Shown here in pieces: positions 18,004 through 25,530 of a DNA stretch of 37,103 nucleotides (the first letter of the stretch is position 1; the number at the start of each line of letters is the position of its first letter). The notes beneath the pieces were generated by a model, which was not told where the DNA came from, did no database searches, and saw only the letters and a program-made list of their open reading frames with translations. The DNA lies in IMG/VR virus record IMGVR_UViG_3300048576_000556, positions 1-37,103 of that record. One strand, 5' to 3'. This DNA comes from a virus (taxonomy: Duplodnaviria > Caudoviricetes). Made by a program: the position numbers and the translations under genes.

Positions 18004-20246
18004 TCCTTTGTCCTTTTCTGAATATCTGATAATTTGATTTTTTCCCTTTTCGTAAATGTTTTTACATTGTGCCCGCTTAAACTGCATCCACACATTGATG
18101 CAGCTACCGAGCATCCCACCATGCAATCAAACCAATGATTATCGAGGCCGCCAACTTTTGGTGACCATTGATAAACTACCCTGCCGTGCCCTTCGGTTCG
18201 TACCCAACTTTCAGAACCGGCGATATGCTGGGCGAACAATTCATGCTGATGATTGCTTTTGCCAAAGATTGTCAAACTGCCGTGATCCCCCGCTGCTACA
18301 AAGAACCTTTCATGAACAAATGTCTTCCAATAATTCGTATCAATGGCAACGTGCGTGAACTCTCCAGTTTTATTTATGTTGGGTATATACCAATGATGGC
18401 CGTGCCGCTCTCCCGGCTTTCGTTTGTAGGTTGACATTGGTTTATTTGCGGCTTTGATACCAACACCCTTTGAAGCCATAATCGTTCCGCCAAGTTTATG
18501 GCGGATATTTTCAACAATGCCCGGCATATAACCACTATCAATCAGGCACCGGTCAATTTTCATAACGCTGGTACCTCGGTTCCAGTCTCGATTAAGAAAA
18601 TCGCTGCAGAGTTTCTCTAATCCTGCTTGGATCGCACCTTCTTTTTCCATGCCGTGGTAAATATCCTGCAAACCAATTTGTGCTTTGCGAAGTGTAAATG
18701 ATGCCCTTCTCTGGTCTGGATATGTTCCATAGTCTACAACAAAGCCTGTAAAATCTTCTGACCATGCGCATACCACATAAAAAAGTAATTTATCATGCAC
18801 ATCGATGAACATCGTAAGGTACTGACAGCCCAACGGAACCTCATATCTTTTTCGGCCATTAGTTTTTTCCATAACCTGTTCGATTGTTAAAACCTGTTCA
18901 TCAGTTTGCTCTGCAACCGGATCGTTTTGATATTCGGCATAGAAGGCTGCCTCATCGCGAAGCATCAGGTTCATGGCATGCTGAATCGCAGATATTTCGT
19001 CTTCATTGTGACGCTGCGGCCATGCAACACTACTGCCGCTATCCATGGCGGCCCTATTTTGAATGTAAAATTCTGTTGCTTCTTTACCACCATTGCCGGA
19101 TCTGAGACTATCCGCCCGGATTTCTTCATACTTATCCCAAAGTTTCATATCTGTTGGGAACGCATAAACCATTTTCGTACACTGACCCTGCCATTCAGGA
19201 TTTTTATCTGGATCGAGAATCTGGTCAGCTAAATCATTGCAATAAATCTTTGTACAGGTAAGTAGTCCTGATATTTTTTTGCCAGGTCCTGCCATACCAA
19301 GCACATCACCATTTAATGTGCTCAATCTCTGGCCTGTTTGGTCAGCAGATTTGGCAGATTCTCTTGTTTGCGGATCATCTATTAAAACCAGATCAGGTCG
19401 AATGATCTTGCCATCCATGGTCGTATGTATCTGGCCGCGAATATTTGAATCCAGACTATCAACAGTAATTACAGAACCTGATGCGATGCTGCCTGCAATA
19501 GTTGGAATAACAATTTTATGTGTTCCCCATACTGGATATGTAAGCCTGCCTTCGTATCTTTGGCCACGTTGTTTATGGGCAGAATTTTCCAGGCACTGAA
19601 TTGGATAAATGATTTCAGGGAAATCTGCTAAAAGCAGACTATTGCCCAGCATAGCAGCCTGAACACTTTGAAAAAGATTAAGCGATTGCCGGGTGGCTGA
19701 ACCAATTAAACAAACATATTTCCTTGCGCCAATTAAAATTGCCCATATCGCGGCCGATCTTGTCAGAGCAGATTTACCGCTGCCTCTGGGCATTGCAAAT
19801 GCGAACAAACCTCCATTAAGAACCGATTGTTCTATTTTTGAAATTACCTTTAGATGGTCATCTGACCAGGTTAAATAAAATACATCAGAAAAGTAAGTCT
19901 CGCAAAAGAACCTGAAATCTTTGCACGCTTTTTCTCGGCGATCTTGATTTTCAATCGCTGGAATTTCGCCTATATCCTGAGCTTCTTTGCGTGCGGCATT
20001 TTTAGCGATTAGATCTTTTAATCTTGATTCCTCGACAGACTGTTTCTGCTGTTTTGGTTTTTCATATTCTTTTGCAAGCCATGAGACATAGCGCACAAGA
20101 TTTATATGTTTACCATCACCAATGCGGTATGCAGCAGAATTCATCTGCCAACGAAGTTGATTCTGGCTAAGCACATCGCCAAGCGGCGTTGCGTTCATCA
20201 ATCGAAGCAGCTGTATCTGCGATAATTTATTTACATCAATTGCCAT
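18000..20246 (-). CDS. Terminase large subunit (GpA-like)
   Basis: 748 aa, Walker A PRGSGKS, Walker B VLIDD, nuclease region FIDVH...NHWFDC. Confidence 0.9.
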   Translation of the reverse strand: MAIDVNKLSQIQLLRLMNATPLGDVLSQNQLRWQMNSAAYRIGDGKHINLVRYVSWLAKEYEKPKQQKQSVEESRLKDLIAKNAARKEAQDIGEIPAIENQDRREKACKDFRFFCETYFSDVFYLTWSDDHLKVISKIEQSVLNGGLFAFAMPRGSGKSALTRSAAIWAILIGARKYVCLIGSATRQSLNLFQSVQAAMLGNSLLLADFPEIIYPIQCLENSAHKQRGQRYEGRLTYPVWGTHKIVIPTIAGSIASGSVITVDSLDSNIRGQIHTTMDGKIIRPDLVLIDDPQTRESAKSADQTGQRLSTLNGDVLGMAGPGKKISGLLTCTKIYCNDLADQILDPDKNPEWQGQCTKMVYAFPTDMKLWDKYEEIRADSLRSGNGGKEATEFYIQNRAAMDSGSSVAWPQRHNEDEISAIQHAMNLMLRDEAAFYAEYQNDPVAEQTDEQVLTIEQVMEKTNGRKRYEVPLGCQYLTMFIDVHDKLLFYVVCAWSEDFTGFVVDYGTYPDQRRASFTLRKAQIGLQDIYHGMEKEGAIQAGLEKLCSDFLNRDWNRGTSVMKIDRCLIDSGYMPGIVENIRHKLGGTIMASKGVGIKAANKPMSTYKRKPGERHGHHWYIPNINKTGEFTHVAIDTNYWKTFVHERFFVAAGDHGSLTIFGKSNHQHELFAQHIAGSESWVRTEGHGRVVYQWSPKVGGLDNHWFDCMVGCSVAASMCGCSLSGHNVKTFTKREKIKLSDIQKRTKE

Positions 20247-20439
20247 TATTGATCCTGCGATTTAGCCATGCCGCGTAATTAACCAAATTAATTGTTCCGT
20301 CTGCCGCGACAGGCGCACCCTGCGTGATATGTTTCTGGACAATCTCAACTTGTAATCCAAGCATTTTTGCTGTTGTTTCGGGCGTTAATGCCGCCGGGTT
20401 TATCGAATTTTTAACATTTGTGTCATTTTGTGTGGTCAT
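20236..20439 (-). CDS. Small HTH-like protein, candidate terminase small subunit
   Basis: 67 aa, TAKMLG...GAPVAADGTINLVNYAAWL resembles the gpNu1-type wHTH; overlaps the TerL start. Confidence 0.55.
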   Translation of the reverse strand: MTTQNDTNVKNSINPAALTPETTAKMLGLQVEIVQKHITQGAPVAADGTINLVNYAAWLNRRINNGN

Positions 20440-20499
20440 AAAAATTCCATGTAATTACTTTAAAATAATGCATTTAATGAGTTGCTTTACCATTTTCAT

Positions 20500-21900
20500 T
20501 TAGATAACACATGCATGCCTTAAACGATAATTTTGAAAGGGTAAAAAAATGGCAAAAGAACAAACGGCAAAAGAAGCATATAGAGCAGCCAAGAATGACA
20601 TTGCGAATCTGCTTGATTGGTTCGATTGCGAGATGGGCAAAAATGAACCTAAAGAAATTGACTGGGCGGTGGTTGGCAGTCTCCAGAAAGTTCGATCCGA
20701 CCTGATTGAAGCACTGTCGTCACTTTCAGGATTCGAAGAAAAACAAATCAAAGAATCACTGGAAGAATCAAATGAAAGGACAGGCAAATGAAGATTGAAA
20801 TCACAAAAGGCAAATATAAAGGAATCCGAGGCAGAGTTGTTGGAGTTTATACCGATGGAAGATACGACATCAACGTTATCAAACCAAAATCTAATCAACC
20901 CAAAATCATGGTCATCAAAATTAACACTTGCAAGGAGATATAGAAAATGAGAGTTAAAACTATCACACTCGAAGGCGAAACGGGATTTACGGCAAAAATA
21001 ACCAGAAGCATTCCTACCGAGGGGCTTGAATGTATTCTCTGCGAACTCCTCGATCCAAAAGGAAAACGCGTCTCGGTTCATCATGTCTCTAAAAATGATA
21101 GAGAGGACCAGTTCTCGATGGCTCAATGTATTCAATACCATCTTGATGGATGCCGGGGAACCAATTCGATGATCCATAGCTATTTTAGATATATCATTTT
21201 TTTCGCAGATTAAGGAGGATTGATAATGAACGAAGCAGATATTCAAGAAATTATCACAGATGCCATAGCGGACCAGGATGAAATCACAAGAGTCCGGACA
21301 TTTGAAGAAGCCGGAGTTCTTACGACAAACAATGGACTTGTCATCCGAACAAGCGATGGCAGCGAGTTTCAAATTACTATAGTTCAAAGCAGATAGAAAA
21401 CTATTTTTGAAAGGAACATTACAATGAATAAAGAAGAAATCAAAATCAGTAAAGTTTACGCAATGAAGATCGGCAAGAATACCGTCGGTGTCCGTATCAT
21501 GAGCGAACATAAAGATGGTGGCTGGGTTGGTGTTAATGTCAATACCAGCAAGGAACTGATTATCAGATCCGCCGACAGGCTCATCGGCCTTTACCAAGTT
21601 AAGAAAAATAAATCTGCCCAAACTGAAAACAAAGAACCTGCCAAAGCTGAAACCATCAAACCATCCAAGCAAGGCGGCTTGACTGTCGCCGCCCAAATTC
21701 TTCAGGAAGCAGGACAACCTCTCAATTGTCAGGAGATCGTCAAGCAAATGCTGGAAAAAGGCATGTGGAAAACCGGTGGAAAAACCCCGGCCGCCACAAT
21801 CTATTCGGCAATCATCCGCGAGATCAAAGATAAAGGTCCCGAATCCCGATTCATCAAAACCGAGAAAGGTAAATTTACGGTTGCTAAATAGTAACGCCAT
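20500..21900 (-). CDS. Candidate antisense overlapping ORF (466 codons)
   Basis: SD GGAGGT 6 nt before an ATG that overlaps the methyltransferase stop (TAATG); open across five plus-strand genes; product resembles no known family. Confidence 0.4.
   Translation of the reverse strand: MALLFSNRKFTFLGFDESGFGTFIFDLADDCRIDCGGRGFSTGFPHAFFQHLLDDLLTIERLSCFLKNLGGDSQAALLGWFDGFSFGRFFVFSLGRFIFLNLVKADEPVGGSDNQFLAGIDINTNPATIFMFAHDTDTDGILADLHCVNFTDFDFFFIHCNVPFKNSFLSALNYSNLKLAAIACSDDKSIVCRKNSGFFKCPDSCDFILVRYGICDNFLNICFVHYQSSLICEKNDISKIAMDHRIGSPASIKMVLNTLSHRELVLSIIFRDMMNRDAFSFWIEEFAENTFKPLGRNASGYFCRKSRFAFECDSFNSHFLYLLASVNFDDHDFGLIRFWFDNVDVVSSIGINSNNSASDSFIFAFCDFNLHLPVLSFDSSSDSLICFSSNPESDDSASIRSDRTFWRLPTTAQSISLGSFLPISQSNQSSRFAMSFLAALYASFAVCSFAIFLPFQNYRLRHACVI
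20549..20791 (+). CDS. Hypothetical helical protein
   Basis: 80 aa, AAAGGG SD, ATGA overlap with the next gene. Confidence 0.75.
   Translation: MAKEQTAKEAYRAAKNDIANLLDWFDCEMGKNEPKEIDWAVVGSLQKVRSDLIEALSSLSGFEEKQIKESLEESNERTGK
20788..20943 (+). CDS. Small KOW/SH3-like protein (not in ORF track)
   Basis: 51 aa MKIEITKGKYKGIRGRVVGVYTDGRYDINVIKPKSNQPKIMVIKINTCKEI; AAAGGA SD; IxxGxYKGxxGxV motif. Confidence 0.7.
   Translation: MKIEITKGKYKGIRGRVVGVYTDGRYDINVIKPKSNQPKIMVIKINTCKEI
20947..21213 (+). CDS. Hypothetical protein
   Basis: 88 aa, AAGGAG SD. Confidence 0.75.
   Translation: MRVKTITLEGETGFTAKITRSIPTEGLECILCELLDPKGKRVSVHHVSKNDREDQFSMAQCIQYHLDGCRGTNSMIHSYFRYIIFFAD
21226..21396 (+). CDS. Small acidic phage protein (not in ORF track)
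   Basis: 56 aa MNEADIQ...RTFEEAGVLTTNNGLVIRTSDGSEFQITIVQSR; strong SD TAAGGAGG. Confidence 0.8.
   Translation: MNEADIQEIITDAIADQDEITRVRTFEEAGVLTTNNGLVIRTSDGSEFQITIVQSR
21424..21891 (+). CDS. HARE-HTH (HB1/ASXL/restriction endonuclease winged HTH) protein
   Basis: AAQILQEAGQPLNCQEIV...GKTPAATIYSAI...SRF...GKF signature. Confidence 0.85.
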   Translation: MNKEEIKISKVYAMKIGKNTVGVRIMSEHKDGGWVGVNVNTSKELIIRSADRLIGLYQVKKNKSAQTENKEPAKAETIKPSKQGGLTVAAQILQEAGQPLNCQEIVKQMLEKGMWKTGGKTPAATIYSAIIREIKDKGPESRFIKTEKGKFTVAK

Positions 21901-23120
21901 TACTTTACCTCCCCAACCCTGGCCTCTGCCGGGGTTTTATCGTTAGCTAATTTAGCTTTTTTGCCTGTGAATTGTTCCCATCTAGTTTTTATGACGTCAC
22001 AATACGCCGGATCAATCTCAACACCGTAACATTTCCGCCCTGTTTGCTCGCAAGCAATCAGTGTGCTGCCGCTGCCAAGGAATCCATCAAAAACAATCGC
22101 TCCCGGTATGGAACTATTGGTTATACCTTTTATGCACAGTTCCACAGGTTTCATAGTTGGGTGAAGTTTAGAATTGAGCGGACGATTGATTTCCCATACT
22201 TCTGTTTGGGTTCTATCATCGCCAAAGCTGCTTTTACCAAACCAGCCATAAAAACAAGGTTCATACATACGCTGATAATTTGCCGGCGTTAAAACAAGCT
22301 GCTGCTTTTTCCAAATAATTGTCGCAGACCAGTGGCAGCCCATCCCAACAAGCCATAGTCTCATTCTCATTCCCTCTGGTCCGGATGCACCCCACATGTA
22401 AATATCGCCAGTATTGAATTCCTGAAATATTTCATACATCTTGTGGCAGAAGATACTCCACTCGTCTGTGGACATAGAATCATTTTCAATTGAACGTATT
22501 TTATGGCGGGGATTCTTTGATGCACCATAATCGACATTATATGGAGGATCTGTGAAAATCAGGCCCGCCTTGTCGCCATCCATCAGTTTAATTACATCAT
22601 CACGGTTGGTACTATCGCCACATAATAATCTGTGTTCACCCAACAGCCAAAGATCACCAGGTTTTGTTATAGGTTCGGCCGGAGGTTCCGGTACATCTTC
22701 GGGGTCCGTAAGACCATCTTGTATCCCGGGATCGAGTATTTTGGCAAGCTCGTCACTGTCGAAACCAAGCAGTTCGAGATTAAAATCCATCGACTGCAAA
22801 TCTTTTAATTCGATTGGCAGCAGCTCATAATTCCATTCTGCTATTGTAGCTGTTTGATTATCCGCAATACGATATGCTTTAATCTGGGCTTCTGTCAGAT
22901 CCTGTGCAACATGTACAGGAACTTTTTCCAATCCAAGTCTCTGGGCCGCCTTATAGCGGGTATGACCGACGATTATTATCCCAGCTTTATCAACAACAAT
23001 GGGCTGTCGAAATCCAAATTCCTTCAAACTTGCCATAACTGCCTCAATGGCCTTGTCATTAATGCGAGGATTACTCTCGTATGGCTTTATATCTTCAATA
23101 CTGAATAATTCTATTTTCAT
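21900..23120 (-). CDS. ParB-like N-terminal domain fused to N6/N4 DNA methyltransferase
   Basis: PYESNPR...GFRQPIVVD...GHTR (ParBc); DPPY catalytic motif, HPTMKP and FLGSGS SAM-binding motif (beta order). Confidence 0.93.
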   Translation of the reverse strand: MKIELFSIEDIKPYESNPRINDKAIEAVMASLKEFGFRQPIVVDKAGIIIVGHTRYKAAQRLGLEKVPVHVAQDLTEAQIKAYRIADNQTATIAEWNYELLPIELKDLQSMDFNLELLGFDSDELAKILDPGIQDGLTDPEDVPEPPAEPITKPGDLWLLGEHRLLCGDSTNRDDVIKLMDGDKAGLIFTDPPYNVDYGASKNPRHKIRSIENDSMSTDEWSIFCHKMYEIFQEFNTGDIYMWGASGPEGMRMRLWLVGMGCHWSATIIWKKQQLVLTPANYQRMYEPCFYGWFGKSSFGDDRTQTEVWEINRPLNSKLHPTMKPVELCIKGITNSSIPGAIVFDGFLGSGSTLIACEQTGRKCYGVEIDPAYCDVIKTRWEQFTGKKAKLANDKTPAEARVGEVK

Positions 23121-23173
23121 AATAAAAACTCTTTCTAAAAAAATGTAGTTCGCGACCGAATGTCTTATTTACG

Positions 23174-23222
23174 CCGACCGTTCCCAGCGCCAATGCGGAG
23201 AATTATCTTTTTCCAAGTACCT
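23174..23222 (-). other. Candidate cos-like packaging site
   Basis: AGGTACT (resembles lambda cosQ GGGTCCT), then 30 nt later GC-rich GGGAACGGTCGG; intergenic, right after an HNH gene. Confidence 0.35.
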
Positions 23223-23225
23223 TTT

Positions 23226-23534
23226 TTATTTATTGCATTGTTTGTTTTCATTGTTGTCCTGTAAATTTTTGCTTTCTTGAAATTTCACAACGTCTCTGCA
23301 GACTGAAATAAATTCATCTACCGACATCGTTCCTTTTGCCAAATTCATTTTGTGATCAACAACCCATATATTTGAAATATCATGCGTTCCATTTCTTGAT
23401 AATGGAATGATATGATCCACCGAAGCTGTTTGCGGTGTTAATAGCCGTCCACTCAGAGCACATCTATATTTTTGATCTTCAAGAATCTTAAGAATTTGCG
23501 ATCCTGTTATTGATTTTGCCATATCTTGCTTCAA
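23226..23534 (-). CDS. HNH endonuclease
   Basis: CALSG...SVDHIIPLSRNGTHDISNIWVVDHKMNLAKG. Confidence 0.88.
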   Translation of the reverse strand: MKQDMAKSITGSQILKILEDQKYRCALSGRLLTPQTASVDHIIPLSRNGTHDISNIWVVDHKMNLAKGTMSVDEFISVCRDVVKFQESKNLQDNNENKQCNK

Positions 23535-23967
23535 TCCTTTTCTGCTGATTTTTAGAAATTTGAACCGCCCATCTCATCCAAGGCGATTGCAGGTACTTTC
23601 GAGATTCGTTGTAAGCTTGTTCAACTATCCTTAATGCAGCTTCGTTCCACGTTTTCGTATTCCAGTCATCAAGTTGCTTGCGTCCTTCTTTGGAGAGTTT
23701 ATCTTTACGACGTAGACGTAAAGCATGAGACATTGAATGAGCACGTTTAAACCAGAGGTCCTTTTGTAAGCTGAATGCAAAAAAATTTATTCTATGCATT
23801 TGTTGCTCTATAACTTGAGACCAATTCATTCTTTCAACAGTTAAATCATTAGGCATTCCTATTAGTTCACATTTGATTCTTCGAAGGTTGTGACCCCTTC
23901 GATCAATAAGCTGCAAATAATTTCCTTGAACTATTGCTGCAATTTTAACTGTCTTTATGATTAACAT
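23488..23967 (-). CDS. Hypothetical basic, Trp-rich protein
   Basis: ORF overlapping the HNH start; ATG 23967 preferred because GGAG lies 9 nt upstream. Confidence 0.6.
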   Translation of the reverse strand: MLIIKTVKIAAIVQGNYLQLIDRRGHNLRRIKCELIGMPNDLTVERMNWSQVIEQQMHRINFFAFSLQKDLWFKRAHSMSHALRLRRKDKLSKEGRKQLDDWNTKTWNEAALRIVEQAYNESRKYLQSPWMRWAVQISKNQQKRIEARYGKINNRIANS

Positions 23968-23980
23968 TTTATCCAACTCC

Positions 23981-24025
23981 CATAAGAGTCTGCCTGACAG
24001 TTATTCTTCCAGACAGACTCTTATG
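23981..24025. repeat. 16-bp inverted repeat (hairpin)
   Basis: CATAAGAGTCTGCCTG-N13-CAGACAGACTCTTATG, 15/16 match (G-U pair on the minus strand). Confidence 0.85.
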
Positions 24026-24034
24026 AATTCTACA

Positions 24035-24667
24035 TTACTGAACTATAGTTGTTTTTCTTGCTTCACCAATGTTCTGGTACAACTGTGTCTCAACCGCCTT
24101 CACTTCCGGCACAGTTGATTGCGAAACCTGTTTCATAGTCAGTTCAACACCCTGCTTATGCGCATCATACTTGGCAAGAGCTTCGGCTGCTTTTTGTGCA
24201 TTCTTTTTCGCCATTGCCGCTGCAAACGCTGCCGCTAGTCCCAGACCAACATCAATCAGCGGTGCATAAGGATTGAATGGTGAGCTCGCTGCATTTGCGG
24301 CCCTTGCTCCTTCAAGCACAGTTGTTAAACCATCCGAACCGCTGTACTGTGCATTTCTCAAAGCATCTGCAATCGCAACAGTTTTTCCCTGTACAGAGTC
24401 GATACCGCTTTGAAGCTTTTCGATAGTAGCCATGGTGTTGCTGTCAAAACTTCCATTTTGCTTTAGTGCATCAAGTGTTGCTTTGGTCTGCTGCTGGAAG
24501 TCATCAATCTGACTGCTAAGCTGCTGTGTCTGATCTGCCAGATTTCGAAGATCATCCGGCTGGACATTCGGCATTTGACAGCCGCCAATCCAGAGACCAA
24601 GGATCGTGACAATGATAATTGCTACAATCGCTAGATCCCATTTACTGATTTGTTTTAAAGATTTCAT
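24035..24667 (-). CDS. Predicted lipoprotein with coiled coil and second hydrophobic segment
   Basis: Signal peptide ending IGGC (Cys30), Gln-rich heptads, then PLIDVGLGLAAAFAAAMAKK; CAGGAG SD. Confidence 0.7.
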   Translation of the reverse strand: MKSLKQISKWDLAIVAIIIVTILGLWIGGCQMPNVQPDDLRNLADQTQQLSSQIDDFQQQTKATLDALKQNGSFDSNTMATIEKLQSGIDSVQGKTVAIADALRNAQYSGSDGLTTVLEGARAANAASSPFNPYAPLIDVGLGLAAAFAAAMAKKNAQKAAEALAKYDAHKQGVELTMKQVSQSTVPEVKAVETQLYQNIGEARKTTIVQ

Positions 24668-24691
24668 TTCCGTACTCCTGTAAAAAAATTG

Positions 24692-24883
24692 TTATTTACT
24701 TTCAGCAACGTTTGCTGATTTTTCTTTATAATTTATAAGTGGGCCATTGAGAACATTTTTGCTGCCACAACGAACGCAGGGTTTGACTACATTCAACTCT
24801 CTTCCGAAATACATCATTTGGCAATCCAGGCAGTAGTGAGCATAAAAATATTTTATTTCGTTTTTAATTATGGCTGTATTCAT
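24692..24883 (-). CDS. Small zinc-finger protein
   Basis: 63 aa, CLDC...CVRCGS. Confidence 0.65.
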   Translation of the reverse strand: MNTAIIKNEIKYFYAHYCLDCQMMYFGRELNVVKPCVRCGSKNVLNGPLINYKEKSANVAESK

Positions 24884-24931
24884 ATCTTTTTTTCTTTGTT
24901 ACTGTACTACCAGCAACATACCGGTATGTTT

Positions 24932-25180
24932 TTATTTGTTTGGCACTGGCTCAAATTCGCCGCACCAGTAATCCCCCACAACTCTTGGCCAATTACCAAA
25001 ACATTCATACTCACTTTTGTCTTTTCGAATAATGGTCTTGCCATGACGTGGAGGACGTCGTCGACATTCGCCCTCACCCGAAACGCCACACTCTGGTATT
25101 ACTTCATTGGGATCTGTTGGAAGTCCGGTATCATCGCGAGCAAAAAACCTGCAATTAAAGCATTCGATTTCAGTAGTCAT
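24932..25180 (-). CDS. Small Cys-rich phage protein
   Basis: Start re-assigned to MTTEIECFNCRFF (AAAGGA SD); GECRRRPP...WPRV...WCGEF pattern. Confidence 0.7.
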   Translation of the reverse strand: MTTEIECFNCRFFARDDTGLPTDPNEVIPECGVSGEGECRRRPPRHGKTIIRKDKSEYECFGNWPRVVGDYWCGEFEPVPNK

Positions 25181-25244
25181 TGTTTTGTGTCCTTTCTGTA
25201 AAAAATTATTTTTTTTCTCCGGCACTTCACCGGTTGTTTTTCTT

Positions 25245-25530
25245 GCTCGCGGAACCCTAAACTTGCGGGGGAAATGTGTGTGTTTCAGACACACCACATT
25301 CCCCCCTTTAGGGGGGTACTGCGTCAGTTCCGCGTGTAGTTCCAAAAATAATTTTCATAACTTTATGTTTTAAAAGAGCTTATCGTTTTTCATCTCGCGG
25401 AACTCAGACGCCGATTCCGACGCGTCTGGTTCCACGTCTGCGGCATATACTTAACTTGTGTCTTCATCACGAGTTAAGGTGGAACTATCATGGAACTCAG
25501 TTCCGGCCAGTTCCGCGTCAGTTCCGCATT
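25245..25530. repeat. Iteron-like GTTCC/GGAAC array plus C6-TTTA-G6 palindrome; candidate replication origin
   Basis: GCGTCAGTTCCGC at 25321 and 25515, further GTTCC/GGAAC copies in both orientations, CCCCCCTTTAGGGGGG at 25301-25316, AT-rich stretch near 25345-25390. Confidence 0.6.

Noticed and set aside
21900-23534. Restriction-modification pair (methyltransferase + HNH)
   Set aside because: ParB-methyltransferase fusions and HNH genes are common next to phage packaging genes; nothing indicates a cognate R-M system.
24907-25089. 60-aa alternative-frame ORF
   Set aside because: Overlaps the better-supported Cys-rich gene on the same strand.
25245-25530. CRISPR array
   Set aside because: Repeats are short, irregularly spaced and in both orientations; no cas genes.
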